From assembly GCA_965205045.1 (NCBI GenBank), contig OZ242031.1, forward strand, positions 934,124 to 998,123: a stretch of 64,000 bases of DNA, read 5' to 3'. The notes below the pieces were generated by a model. The model saw only the letters and a program-made list of their open reading frames with translations, made no database searches and was not told the DNA's origin. This document shows positions 29,757-39,706 of this stretch, piece by piece (within the stretch, counting starts at the first letter, position 1; the number at the start of each line of letters is the position of its first letter). The DNA comes from Candidatus Rariloculaceae bacterium. Lineage in GTDB: Bacteria; Pseudomonadota; Gammaproteobacteria; Steroidobacterales; Rariloculaceae. Both the position numbers and the translations under genes were made by a program.

Positions 29757-30614
29757 ATGGAGTTACAGTTCGCAAAAATGCACGGTGCGGGCAACGACTT
29801 CATGGTCGCCCGTTGGCCGGAGGGGAGGAATCTGCCCGATGCCGACACGGTGCGGCGGTGGGCGGACCGTCGCGCCGGTGTGGGGTTCGACCAGTTATTG
29901 CTGGTGCGCATGTCGGAGCATCCGGACCTGGCTGCCTTCTACCATGTATTCAATGCCGACGGCGTCGAGGTGCAGCAATGCGGGAACGGAGTGCGCTGCA
30001 TTGCGCGCTACCTGGTGCCTGACGGGGCAGGGGATACGCTGATGCTGGGCAGCCGGGCCGGCACGGTGGAAGCCCGGCTTGAGGCGGGCGGCCAGGTCAG
30101 CGTCAACCTGGGCGAGCCCGACTTTGACCCGGGGGCGCTGCCGTTTCGCGCCCGTCAGGCGACTTGCGCCGGCCAGGCCGCCGGCGCCAGGCAGGAGTCG
30201 CGATACCGGCTGGAAGTGGACGCGGGGACAGTGGAATTCGGCGCCGTGTCGGTGGGCAATCCCCATGCCGTCATCCCGGTTGATTCGTTGGATGCGGCGC
30301 CGGTCGGTATAATCGGGCCGCAACTGCAAGCTCACCCGTCGTTCCCGGAGGGCGTCAATGTCGGCTTCGTGGAGTTTCGCGATGCAGCCAGTATCCGCCT
30401 TCGCGTCCATGAACGGGGGGCGGGCGAAACCGCCGCCTGCGGTACGGGCGCGGCCGCCGCGGCGGCTGTCGGCCGGCTGTGGGGTGAACTGGGAGAAGCC
30501 GTGAGAGTGGAAGTCACGGGCGGGGTTCTGCAAACCGCCTGGCCCGGGCCGGGACACCCGGTTTGGTTGTCCGGTCCTGCCGTTAGGGTCTTTAGGGGGC
30601 GAATCGCCATATGA
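29757..30614 (+). CDS. dapF: Diaminopimelate epimerase
   Basis: FAKMHGAGNDF, CGNGVRC, GNPHAV, ERGAGETAACGTG. Confidence 0.96.
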   Translation: MELQFAKMHGAGNDFMVARWPEGRNLPDADTVRRWADRRAGVGFDQLLLVRMSEHPDLAAFYHVFNADGVEVQQCGNGVRCIARYLVPDGAGDTLMLGSRAGTVEARLEAGGQVSVNLGEPDFDPGALPFRARQATCAGQAAGARQESRYRLEVDAGTVEFGAVSVGNPHAVIPVDSLDAAPVGIIGPQLQAHPSFPEGVNVGFVEFRDAASIRLRVHERGAGETAACGTGAAAAAAVGRLWGELGEAVRVEVTGGVLQTAWPGPGHPVWLSGPAVRVFRGRIAI

Positions 30615-30710
30615 CGGACCGGGAGCGGGGCATGACTCGTCGGTGCAGGACATGAAGGGCCGGGAGCGGGGCATGACTCGTCGGTGGAGGACATGATGAG
30701 CCGGGAGCGC
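30611..30710 (+). repeat. 41-bp tandem repeat (2 full units plus a partial) at the dapF/DUF484 junction
   Basis: Units start at 30611, 30652 and 30693, sharing ATGA..CCGGGAGCG; the two full units share GGGCATGACTCGTCGGTG.AGGAC. Confidence 0.9.
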
Positions 30711-31496
30711 GACACGGCAGCCGTCGGCCGCGAGGGGACCGACAGCGGGGAGATGGCCGCCGAGCAGGACGGTTCGGCGGAGCCCGCCTTGACCGGCCGC
30801 GAAGTAGCCGAGTACCTGTGCGCCCATCCGGACTTCTTCGCGCGCTACCCGCGGGTCCTGCTCGAGATGGAACTCCAGCACCAGCCCGGGGGCGCGGCGG
30901 TATCGCTGGTGCAGCGCCAGGTGGAGGTGCTGCGAAAGCAGAACGAGGAACTGCACGCCCAACTCAAGGATCTCGTCTCCGTCGCCAGGGACAACCAGGA
31001 GTTGGTGGAGAAGATCCATCGGCTGGCCGTATCGCTGGTGGGCGAGGTTGACGTCAAACGGCGGGTACGCTTGCTCAAGACACGGCTGAAAAAGGATTTC
31101 GGGATCGAGAACGCGGTACTGATACTGTTCGCGGAGCCGTACCCGATCACGTCGCGCGATCCCTTCCTCAAGGTGGTCGAGCGCCGGGACGCGAGGCTCA
31201 AGTCATTCGCGAGTTTCCTCAAGTCCGGTGAGCCCCTTTGCGTGCGGTTGCGGCCCGCTCAGCGGCGTTTTGCATTCGGAGGCGCGCAGGCGGAGCTGAA
31301 TTCGGCGGCGTTGATCCCGTTGGGGCGGCATGCGGAAGCCGGATTCATCGTCATCGCCAGCCGCGACCCCGACCACTTCCATCCGGGCAAGCGCGCAGAC
31401 TACCTGGGGCGGCTGGGAGAAGTCGTGACGATGGCGTTGAGCGCCAACCGCGCCGCCTCCGACGCGAAGAGCGGCCCGAAGGCCAGTGGAACCTGA
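30693..31496 (+). CDS. DUF484 (YigA) family protein
   Basis: VAEYLCAHPDFF, AVSLVQRQVEVLR, SRDPDHFHPG; dapF-DUF484-xerC synteny; GGAGG RBS. Confidence 0.9.
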   Translation: MMSRERDTAAVGREGTDSGEMAAEQDGSAEPALTGREVAEYLCAHPDFFARYPRVLLEMELQHQPGGAAVSLVQRQVEVLRKQNEELHAQLKDLVSVARDNQELVEKIHRLAVSLVGEVDVKRRVRLLKTRLKKDFGIENAVLILFAEPYPITSRDPFLKVVERRDARLKSFASFLKSGEPLCVRLRPAQRRFAFGGAQAELNSAALIPLGRHAEAGFIVIASRDPDHFHPGKRADYLGRLGEVVTMALSANRAASDAKSGPKASGT

Positions 31497-32526
31497 GCAG
31501 CGAATCGATGCCTACCTCGGGCATCTGGAAACCGAGCGACGGCTTTCGCCCCATACACTGAGCGCGTACCGGCGGGACCTGAATTCCCTGCTGGGTTTCG
31601 CGCGCCGCCATTCCATCCCGATCGAGGAAATGGATTCCCACGCGGTGCGGCGGTTTGCAGCGGAGTGTCATCGGCGCGGCGGCGCCCCCCGCCAAGGGCG
31701 GACGCCTCGCGGCCTGAGCCCCCGAAGCGTGGCCCGCCGGCTGTCCGCGGTGCGCTGTTTCTACGCCTGGCTGCTGAGATCGCGGATCATCGGATCGAAT
31801 CCGGCGGCCGATGTTCAGGCGCCCAGGCCAAAGCGGCGACTGCCGTCGACGCTGGACGCCGACCAGATGGCGAGCCTGCTCGCGCCGGGCGACGACCCGG
31901 CGGCGCGGCCGGGCGATGCGGGATCAGCGCACCAGGGCGGTCCCGGCATCGACGAGAGCGATCCGCTGATGGTCAGGGATCGCGCCATTCTCGAGTTGTT
32001 CTACTCCTCCGGGCTCCGGCTTGCCGAGCTCGCGGGACTGGACCTGGTGGATCTGGATGCCGCCGACCGGACGGTACGGGTGACCGGCAAGGGCGACAAG
32101 GTCCGCGTCGTGCCGGTGGGCGTGCCGGCGCTGGAAGCGCTCGAGGCCTGGCTTGCGGTGCGCGCGGATATCGCCGCACCGGGGGAAACGGCGATCTTCG
32201 TCAGTCTGAGGCGTACGCGGTATGCCGGGCGGGGTACGCGGCTCTCGCGCAGGTCCATACAGCAGCGGGTGAAGCTGTGGGCGCGGCGCCGGGGCACACC
32301 GGTGGGCGTTCACCCGCACATGCTCAGGCACTCCTTCGCCAGCCACATGCTCGAATCCAGCGGCGACCTGCGCGCGGTCCAGGAACTCCTCGGCCATGCG
32401 AGCATTTCCACCACCCAGGTGTATACGCACCTTGATTTTCAGCATCTGGCACAGATATACGATAAGGCGCACCCCAGAGCGAAGCGCCGGCGCGAGCCGG
32501 GCGTCGGCGGCGACCGCACGGACTGA
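31486..32526 (+). CDS. xerC: Tyrosine recombinase XerC
   Basis: [52 protein letters not shown]; synteny. Confidence 0.95.
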   Translation: MEPEQRIDAYLGHLETERRLSPHTLSAYRRDLNSLLGFARRHSIPIEEMDSHAVRRFAAECHRRGGAPRQGRTPRGLSPRSVARRLSAVRCFYAWLLRSRIIGSNPAADVQAPRPKRRLPSTLDADQMASLLAPGDDPAARPGDAGSAHQGGPGIDESDPLMVRDRAILELFYSSGLRLAELAGLDLVDLDAADRTVRVTGKGDKVRVVPVGVPALEALEAWLAVRADIAAPGETAIFVSLRRTRYAGRGTRLSRRSIQQRVKLWARRRGTPVGVHPHMLRHSFASHMLESSGDLRAVQELLGHASISTTQVYTHLDFQHLAQIYDKAHPRAKRRREPGVGGDRTD

Positions 32527-32581
32527 ACCGCCGGGTTCGGTCCGAACCGGGCTCTCCGGGCGGCGTGAGTCAGGGAAGGAA

Positions 32582-33112
32582 ATGCAGGATCAACACGCTA
32601 CAACCATCGTCTGTGTCCGTCGCGGCGGCCGTGTGGCCATGGGCGGCGACGGCCAGGTCACGCTGGGCGACAAGATCATGAAGGGCAACGCCTGCAAGGT
32701 GCGGCGGTTGCACGACGACAAGGTCCTGGCGGGATTTGCGGGCGGTACGGCCGACGCCTTTACGTTGTTTGAACTCTTCGAGAAGAAGCTCGACCAGTAC
32801 GGCAATCTGACGCGCGCGGCGGTCGAACTCGCCAAGGACTGGCGCACGGACCGCATGCTGCGGCGGCTGGAGGCGCTGATGGTGGTGGCCGATCGCTCCA
32901 AGTCGCTGTTGATTTCGGGCACCGGCGACCTGATCGAGCCCGAACAGAATGTGCTGGCCATCGGTTCCGGCGGTGCCTATTGCCAGGCTGCGGCGCGGGC
33001 CCTGCTGGAGAATACGGAACTGGACGCCCGCAGCATTGTGGAGAAGTCGCTGGCCATCGCTGGCGAAATCTGCATTTACACCAACGCCTCGATCACCATC
33101 GAGGAACTGTAG
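32582..33112 (+). CDS. hslV: ATP-dependent protease subunit HslV
   Basis: [34 protein letters not shown]. Confidence 0.96.
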   Translation: MQDQHATTIVCVRRGGRVAMGGDGQVTLGDKIMKGNACKVRRLHDDKVLAGFAGGTADAFTLFELFEKKLDQYGNLTRAAVELAKDWRTDRMLRRLEALMVVADRSKSLLISGTGDLIEPEQNVLAIGSGGAYCQAAARALLENTELDARSIVEKSLAIAGEICIYTNASITIEEL

Positions 33113-33196
33113 ACGCGCCGGCTTCTACAGCTTTCTACCACAGGTATCAGCCATGTACTCAGACTCTCATGGGGTCAAGGCGCGGGGACGGCTCCG

Positions 33197-34501
33197 ATGT
33201 CGATGACACCCCGGGAAATCGCCCAGGAACTGGACAAGCACATCATCGGCCAGGACGAGGCCAAGCGGGCCGTGGCCATCGCGCTGCGCAATCGCTGGCG
33301 CCGCGTGCAGGTGGGCGAGCCGCTGGGCAGCGAGATAACGCCCAAGAACATCCTCATGATTGGGCCCACCGGCGTGGGCAAGACGGAAATCGCCCGGCGG
33401 CTGGCGCGGCTGGCCCGCGCGCCGTTCATCAAGGTGGAGGCGACCAAGTTCACGGAGGTGGGTTACGTCGGCCGCGAGGTGGATTCCATCATCCGCGACT
33501 TGGCCGACATGGCGGTCAAGATGACCCGGGAGCATGAAATCGACAAGGTCAGCCACCGCGCGGAGGATGCGGCGGAGGATCGCCTGCTGGACGCCCTGCT
33601 GCCGGGGTCGGAAGCGGACGGGCAGGGCGATACCCGGCAGCGGTTCCGCAAACTGCTGCGCGAAGGAGGGCTGGACCGGCGGGAGGTGGAAATCGACGTT
33701 CAGGCTCCCCGGGTCGGCGTGGAGATCATGGCGCCTCCGGGCATGGAGGACATGACGAGCCAGTTGCAGAGCATGTTCCAGGGCATTTCCTCCGGCCGCC
33801 GAAGCACGCGCAAGCTCAGGGTGAGCGAGGCGCTGCGGCTGCTGACCGACGAAGAAGCGGGCAAGATGATCAACGAGGAGGAAATCAAGCTCAAGGCGCT
33901 CAACGCGGTGGAACAGAACGGCATCGTCTTCCTGGACGAAATCGACAAGGTGGCCCGCCGTTCGGACACGCTGGGCGCGGACGTCTCACGGGAAGGCGTG
34001 CAGAGGGACCTGCTGCCGCTGGTGGAAGGCTGTACCGTCAGCACGCGCTACGGGATGGTCCGCACCGATCACGTGCTGTTCATCGCGTCCGGCGCCTTCA
34101 ACGTCGCCAAGCCCTCCGATCTCATCCCCGAACTGCAGGGACGCTTCCCGATTCGCGTCGAGCTGGACGCGCTGGATGCCGACGATTTCGTGCGCATCCT
34201 GACCGAGCCGGACGCCTCCCTGACGGAGCAGTACACGGCGCTGATGGCCACCGAGAGGGTCAGGCTGATCTTCGAACCGTCCGGCGTCAAAAGGGTCGCG
34301 GAGGTCGCCTTCCACGTCAACGAGCGTACCGAGAACATCGGCGCCCGGCGGCTGCACACCGTCTTGGAGCGGTTGCTGGAGACCGTTTCGTTCGAAGCGG
34401 CGGACCGCGGCGGACAGACCATGGTGGTGGATGACGCCTACGTAAACGAACACTTGGGTGAACTCGTTCAGGACGAGGACCTGACGCGTTACATCCTTTA
34501 G
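33197..34501 (+). CDS. hslU: ATP-dependent protease ATPase HslU
   Basis: [29 protein letters not shown]. Confidence 0.97.
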   Translation: MSMTPREIAQELDKHIIGQDEAKRAVAIALRNRWRRVQVGEPLGSEITPKNILMIGPTGVGKTEIARRLARLARAPFIKVEATKFTEVGYVGREVDSIIRDLADMAVKMTREHEIDKVSHRAEDAAEDRLLDALLPGSEADGQGDTRQRFRKLLREGGLDRREVEIDVQAPRVGVEIMAPPGMEDMTSQLQSMFQGISSGRRSTRKLRVSEALRLLTDEEAGKMINEEEIKLKALNAVEQNGIVFLDEIDKVARRSDTLGADVSREGVQRDLLPLVEGCTVSTRYGMVRTDHVLFIASGAFNVAKPSDLIPELQGRFPIRVELDALDADDFVRILTEPDASLTEQYTALMATERVRLIFEPSGVKRVAEVAFHVNERTENIGARRLHTVLERLLETVSFEAADRGGQTMVVDDAYVNEHLGELVQDEDLTRYIL

Positions 34502-34573
34502 AAATGAATCGACTTGCCCTGGCCTCATGCATTGTGGGTTGTTCTTGAAGTTGGGACCTTCACGAGGTAGCCC

Positions 34574-34954
34574 GTGTCCAATTCCGGCCCCTTTCCCGTC
34601 AGCCTGAAACTGCTGCGGCGTTCGCGCCGGCTGGAAGTCGGTTTCTCCAACGGCGAAACCTTCGATCTTACCGCCGAATACCTGCGTGTTCATTCTCCCT
34701 CCGCGGAAGTCCAGGGGCATGGCGCGGGGGAGGGTGTGCTGGTGGTCGGCAAGGAACGCGTGAATATCGAGCGAATCGAGCCCATCGGGCGTTACGCGGT
34801 CCGGCTGGTGTTCGACGACGGTCACGATACCGGCCTCTACACGTGGCCTATACTTTACAGCCTCGGCAGCAAGTACCGGGCCAACTGGCAGCGGTACCTG
34901 GAACGGTTGCGTGAGGCGGGGCATCAGCGGGCGGCGGCAGAGGATGGCGGCTAG
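34574..34954 (+). CDS. DUF971 (gamma-butyrobetaine hydroxylase N-terminal-like) protein
   Basis: AEYLRVHSPSAEVQGHG, FDDGHDTGLYTW. Confidence 0.9.
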   Translation: MSNSGPFPVSLKLLRRSRRLEVGFSNGETFDLTAEYLRVHSPSAEVQGHGAGEGVLVVGKERVNIERIEPIGRYAVRLVFDDGHDTGLYTWPILYSLGSKYRANWQRYLERLREAGHQRAAAEDGG

Positions 34955-35708
34955 CGGAAACAATACCGGCGAATTCGTCGACTTCGGTTTCGACAAGGTC
35001 TCTCCGGGCGAGAAGCAGCGCCGGGTGCGGGGCGTATTCGACTCCGTCGCCCATCGATACGATCTCATGAACGATCTCATGTCGGCGGGCCTGCACCGTG
35101 TCTGGAAGCGGTTCGCGCTCGTCAGGACCGGGCTTCGGGCGGGCCGGTCGGCGCTGGATGTGGCCGCCGGCAGCGGCGACCTGAGCGAAGGGATGGCCCG
35201 GCAGGTGGGTTCCGCCGGGCGGGTGGTGGTGACCGACATCAACGGCACGATGCTCGGGCTGGGGCGCTCCCGGCTGATCGGTGCCGGCCTGGTGGCGAAC
35301 ATCCACTACCTGCAGGCCGACGCCGAGCGGCTGCCCGTCTCCGGGTCGGCGTTCGACTGCGTCAGCATCGGCTTCGGGTTGCGAAACGTCACCGACAAGG
35401 ACGCGGCGCTGGCCGAGATGTTCCGGGTGCTCCGGCCGGGTGGCCGGCTGCTGGTCCTGGAATTCTCCAGGCCGAAACTCGAACTGCTGGATTCGGCGTA
35501 CGAGTACTACTGCCAGAATGTGCTCCCGCGGCTGGGCCAACTGGTCGTCGACGATGCCGACAGTTACCGCTACCTGGCGGAGTCGATACGCGTTCACCCG
35601 GACCAGGAAACGCTCAGGTCGATGATGGCCGAACAGGGTTTCGAGCGCTGCGAGTACCACAACCTCAGCGGCGGCATCGTCTCCCTGCACGTGGGCTTTC
35701 GGTTGTAG
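34944..35708 (+). CDS. ubiE: Ubiquinone/menaquinone C-methyltransferase
   Basis: VFDSVAHRYDLMNDLMSAGLHRVWK, LDVAAGSGD, GFGLRNVT. Confidence 0.96.
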   Translation: MAASGNNTGEFVDFGFDKVSPGEKQRRVRGVFDSVAHRYDLMNDLMSAGLHRVWKRFALVRTGLRAGRSALDVAAGSGDLSEGMARQVGSAGRVVVTDINGTMLGLGRSRLIGAGLVANIHYLQADAERLPVSGSAFDCVSIGFGLRNVTDKDAALAEMFRVLRPGGRLLVLEFSRPKLELLDSAYEYYCQNVLPRLGQLVVDDADSYRYLAESIRVHPDQETLRSMMAEQGFERCEYHNLSGGIVSLHVGFRL

Positions 35709-35713
35709 CAGCC

Positions 35714-36460
35714 ATGTCTACGCCGCTCGCCACGCTCGCCCGCCTGCTGCTGCGCACATCCGCCGCGGCCTCCGAGTCCCTCGATGCGGCGGCGGCCGGT
35801 GCGTTCGGGCTGGAGTCCGTGGTCAATCGCTGTATCCGGGAGTCGACGCGCGCCGGGGAACTCCTGGAGGACCTGGACGGTAGAAGCCTGGCGATCGTGG
35901 TTCAGGGACTCGGGATCCGCCTGCGGCTGGGGGCTTCCAGGACACACCTTACGGTGAGTACCTCATCGGCGCGCTCCGAAGACTCCGGCGCCGAAGACTC
36001 CGCTACGGCGAGCGTGGAGGGCACGCCCCTGGCCCTGCTGGGCCTGCTCCGCCGCGCGGGGCCGGAAGCGTTCCGGGAATCCGGAGTCAGCCTGTCGGGC
36101 GACGCGCAGACGGCGGAAGGCTTTGCCGATCTGCTGGGCCATGCGCGGCCGGACCTGGAGGATGAACTGTCCAGGTGGATCGGCGACATCGCGGCGCACG
36201 AAGTGGCCGGCGCGGCGCGGCGCACGGATGACTGGGCACGGCAGGCCGGTTCGGCACTGAGCATGAATACCTCCGAGTTTCTCCAGGAGGAGGCGCGGCA
36301 GTTGCCGCCGCGGGTCGAAGTGAATGCCTTCGGACGAGACGTGGAGCACCTGCGGGACGACGTCGAACGGGCGGCGCAACGCCTCGCGAGGCTTGAGCAG
36401 CATCGGCGCCGCGCGACTTCCAGGGGAGCCGCCGCCGATGCCGCGGCGGAGCAGGGATAG
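35714..36460 (+). CDS. ubiJ: Ubiquinone biosynthesis protein UbiJ (SCP2 domain)
   Basis: DLEDELSRWIGD, EFLQEE; lies between ubiE and ubiB. Confidence 0.85.
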   Translation: MSTPLATLARLLLRTSAAASESLDAAAAGAFGLESVVNRCIRESTRAGELLEDLDGRSLAIVVQGLGIRLRLGASRTHLTVSTSSARSEDSGAEDSATASVEGTPLALLGLLRRAGPEAFRESGVSLSGDAQTAEGFADLLGHARPDLEDELSRWIGDIAAHEVAGAARRTDDWARQAGSALSMNTSEFLQEEARQLPPRVEVNAFGRDVEHLRDDVERAAQRLARLEQHRRRATSRGAAADAAAEQG

Positions 36461-36464
36461 CGGA

Positions 36465-36690
36465 ATGGGCGCCGACCGCGCAGGCGCCGGCACAGGCCGG
36501 ACCAAGGCCGCCGGCATGGGCCGGACCAAGGCCGCCGGCATGGGCCGGACCAAGGGCGCCGGCATGGGCCGGACCAAGGGCGCCGGCACGGGGCGGACCA
36601 AGGGCGCCGGCATGGGGCGGAACACGGGCACCGGCATGGGCCGGGCCACCGGCATGCGTCGAAACACAGGTCGCGGCATGGGCCGCCTGA
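36465..36690 (+). repeat. 24-bp tandem repeat array in frame with ubiB (GRTKxAGM units)
   Basis: GGCCGGACCAAGG(C/G)CGCCGGCA(T/C)G repeated five times, followed by degenerate units. Confidence 0.92.
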
Positions 36691-38300
36691 GGCAACTGGC
36701 CAGGCTCCTCGCCATTCAGCGCACGCTGATGCGGCACGGGCTCGACGACATTGTCTGGGCAACCCACCTGTTCAGGCCCGTCGGCTGGTTGCGCAGGCTG
36801 CTGCCGAAGCGATCCCGTCACACGCCCCTGGGGGCAAGAATCCGCGTGGCCCTGGAAGAACTGGGTCCCATCTTCGTGAAGTTCGGCCAGGCCGTGTCCA
36901 CCCGGCGGGATCTGCTGCCGGCAGACATCGCCGACGAACTTGCGAAACTGCAGGATCAGGTGCCGCCGTTCGACACCGGCGAGGTACTGGATATTCTCGC
37001 CACGGCATTCGGCCGCCCGGTGGACGAGGTATTCCAGGAGTTCCAGCGGACGCCGCTGGCGGCGGCTTCGGTGGCGCAGGTCCACGTCGCGCGGCTGCAC
37101 GACGGCCGGGAAGTCGTGGTCAAGGTCCTGCGCCCGGGAGTCCACAAGTCGGTGCGCAAGGACCTGGCGGTGCTCCACGCCATCGCCGAACTCGCCGAAC
37201 GGTACTGGTCCGGCGCGCGGCGGCTGCGCCCCCGGGAGGTGGTGCAGGAGTTCGAGGCAACGCTCTTCAAGGAGCTGGACCTGATGCGCGAAGCGGCCAA
37301 CGCGGCCCAGCTACGGCGAAATTTCGAAGGATCCGGCACCCTCTACGTTCCGGATGTGTACTGGAACTACTGCCGTTCCAACGTCCTGACCATGGAGCGC
37401 ATTGCCGGCGTGCCGATCGGCGACGTGGAGGAACTGAAGTCCCGCGGCACCAACATCCGGCGACTGGCCGAAAACGGCGTCGCAATCTTCTTCACCCAGG
37501 TATTCACCCACAATTTCTTTCACGCGGACATGCATCCGGGGAACATCTTCGTCGACGTGACGGACCCTGACCGGCCTCGTTACGTCGCCGTCGACTTCGG
37601 CATCGTGGGCACCCTGAGCCCGCGGGATCAGCATTACCTGGCCGCCAACTTTCTGGCCTTCTTCAAGCGCGACTACTACCGGGTGGCCCGGCTGCACGTG
37701 GATTCCGGCTGGGTGCCGCCGAATACGCGGGTGACGGAACTGGAAGCGGCCATCCGCGCGGTCTGCGAGCCCATCTTCAACAAGCCCCTGAAGGACATCT
37801 CGTTCGGGCTGGTGCTGCTGCGCCTGTTTCAGACGGCGCGCCAGTTCGACATGCGGGTGCAACCTCAACTGGTACTGCTGCAGAAGACGCTCCTGAACAT
37901 CGAGGGCCTTGGCCGCCAGCTCTACCCGGAGCTGGATCTGTGGGCCACCGCCAAGCCGGTGCTGGAGAAGTGGATGGCCCGGCGCACCGATCCGCGCACG
38001 CACCTTAGGCAGTTGCTGGAGAACTGGCCGCGCGTGGCGGAGGATCTGTTGCTGGTGCCCGAGGCGATCCAGCAGGTCCTGCGCCGTGCCGCCGAAAGCG
38101 GCGATCCGTCGGCCGACGCTGCACCCGAGGCCGGCCCTCCGGGACGTGCCGGCAACACGGCCGGTCTTCATGCCGTCATCGCCGGCGGCGCCCTCGCCAT
38201 CTGCGGCGTACTCTGGCTGGGACTCGAAGCCGCGCCGACCTGGCCCGGCTGGTCGGCCGCCGGGCTCGGCGTGGCCCTGTTGTTCCGTTCCGCCGGCTGA
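36678..38300 (+). CDS. ubiB: Ubiquinone biosynthesis kinase-like protein UbiB
   Basis: LGPIFVKFGQ, AAASVAQVH, FFHADMHPGN, DFGIVG. Start is 36678, or as early as 36465 if the repeat is translated. Confidence 0.95.
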   Translation: MGRLRQLARLLAIQRTLMRHGLDDIVWATHLFRPVGWLRRLLPKRSRHTPLGARIRVALEELGPIFVKFGQAVSTRRDLLPADIADELAKLQDQVPPFDTGEVLDILATAFGRPVDEVFQEFQRTPLAAASVAQVHVARLHDGREVVVKVLRPGVHKSVRKDLAVLHAIAELAERYWSGARRLRPREVVQEFEATLFKELDLMREAANAAQLRRNFEGSGTLYVPDVYWNYCRSNVLTMERIAGVPIGDVEELKSRGTNIRRLAENGVAIFFTQVFTHNFFHADMHPGNIFVDVTDPDRPRYVAVDFGIVGTLSPRDQHYLAANFLAFFKRDYYRVARLHVDSGWVPPNTRVTELEAAIRAVCEPIFNKPLKDISFGLVLLRLFQTARQFDMRVQPQLVLLQKTLLNIEGLGRQLYPELDLWATAKPVLEKWMARRTDPRTHLRQLLENWPRVAEDLLLVPEAIQQVLRRAAESGDPSADAAPEAGPPGRAGNTAGLHAVIAGGALAICGVLWLGLEAAPTWPGWSAAGLGVALLFRSAG

Positions 38301-38305
38301 ATCCA

Positions 38306-39523
38306 ATGAACAGAGAGCTTCCGGCGCGAGAGTTCGCCCTGCTGATCGCCATGCTCACGGCCATGGCCGCGATGGCCATCGACGCCATGCTGCCCGCGCT
38401 CGGCGAGATCGGCAGCGAGCTTGGAGTCGTGCGGGAAAACAACCGGCAACTGGTGATCTCCGCGCTATTCCTGGGGCTTGCGCTCGGGCAGATCGTCTAC
38501 GGTCCGTTGTCCGACCGGTTCGGCAGGAAACCCGGCATGTACATCGGGCTCGGGCTGTTCGTTCTGGGTTGCCTGCTGTCCATGGCCGCCTGGAGCTACC
38601 CGGCGATGCTGGCCGGCCGATTCCTGCAGGGCATAGGCGCGGCCGGTCCGCGAATCGTCTGCCTGGCGCTGGTCCGCGACCGCTACGCGGGCCGCGAAAT
38701 GGCCCGGGTCATGTCGTTCATTTTCGCCGTATTCGTCATTGTCCCCACAGTCGCCCCGGCCTTGGGGCAGGTGATCCTGCTGGTTTCCGGTTGGCGGGCG
38801 ATTTTCGGCGCGCTGCTGGCGTTCGCCGCAGCCGCGTTGCTGTGGTTCGCGATCAGGCAGCCGGAAACGCTGACGCCGGATCGGCGCGTTCCCTTGTCTG
38901 TCGGTCCGCTTGCCGCTGCTGTCGGGGAGGTCGGCGGGAGTCGCCGCGCCGTAGGTTATACCGTGGCCACCGGGTTGGTATTCGGCGGCTTCCTGGGCTA
39001 TCTGAATTCGGCTCAGCAGATATTTCAGGAGCAGTACCAGTTGGGCTCGCTGTTCCCGTTGTTTTTTGCGGTGCTGTCGCTGGCGTTCGCCGCGGCATCC
39101 TACCTGAACGGGCGCCTGGTCATTCGCCATGGCATGCGCAAGCTGGCGGTTCGCAGCCTGTTGGCTCTTTGTCTGTTGTCGGCCGGCTTCCTGGCTGCTC
39201 TTGTTCAGATGCCGGGCGAGGCGCCTCTGTGGAGTTTCATGGCCTGGGGCGGGGCTGCGTTCTTCTGCCTCGGCGTGGTCTTCGGCAACGTCAACGCCCT
39301 GGCCATGGAGCCGTTCGGGCACATAGCGGGCATCGCCGCCGCGCTGATCGGGTCGTTTACCACGATGCTGTCGATGTTGCTGGGCGGAATGATCGGACAG
39401 TTCTACGACGGCACGCTGATACCGCTGGTGGGCGGTTTTGCCTTTCTTGGGTTGGCCTCGCTGGGCGCCATGGCCTGGGCCGGCGGCGGCAGCAAGCCGG
39501 AGTTAGGGGTCACTGAACCGTAG
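38306..39523 (+). CDS. Bcr/CflA-family multidrug MFS transporter
   Basis: AMAIDAMLPAL, GPLSDRFGRKP, multiple TM helices. Confidence 0.9.
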   Translation: MNRELPAREFALLIAMLTAMAAMAIDAMLPALGEIGSELGVVRENNRQLVISALFLGLALGQIVYGPLSDRFGRKPGMYIGLGLFVLGCLLSMAAWSYPAMLAGRFLQGIGAAGPRIVCLALVRDRYAGREMARVMSFIFAVFVIVPTVAPALGQVILLVSGWRAIFGALLAFAAAALLWFAIRQPETLTPDRRVPLSVGPLAAAVGEVGGSRRAVGYTVATGLVFGGFLGYLNSAQQIFQEQYQLGSLFPLFFAVLSLAFAAASYLNGRLVIRHGMRKLAVRSLLALCLLSAGFLAALVQMPGEAPLWSFMAWGGAAFFCLGVVFGNVNALAMEPFGHIAGIAAALIGSFTTMLSMLLGGMIGQFYDGTLIPLVGGFAFLGLASLGAMAWAGGGSKPELGVTEP

Positions 39524-39550
39524 CCCGGATTCAGCACGACCTTCGTTCGT

Positions 39551-39700
39551 CAACCGGAACTTCACGCGCCGATTTGGCGGATAGTGTAATGGTTTCAGTC
39601 GGTTAGCGTTATTCAACCTGGACGCGTACCGGGAACATTTTGCCGGATCGACGTCGAGCAGTTCGAAGGCGCGTCGCCGTAGCGGGATCGGCATGAGACC
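39551..39700 (-). mobile_element. Possible IS remnant (transposase C-terminus and end, IS1634-like)
   Basis: Minus strand PIPLRRRAFELLDVDP resembles the PTPLQxxAFxLLxV terminus of such transposases. Confidence 0.4.
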
Positions 39701-39706
39701 CGGCGC

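Noticed and set aside
31486-32526. Tyrosine recombinase as the island integrase
   Set aside because: Sequence and dapF-DUF484-xerC synteny identify it as housekeeping XerC.
36465-36690. ubiB upstream array as CRISPR
   Set aside because: Units are contiguous with no unique spacers and stay in the coding frame.
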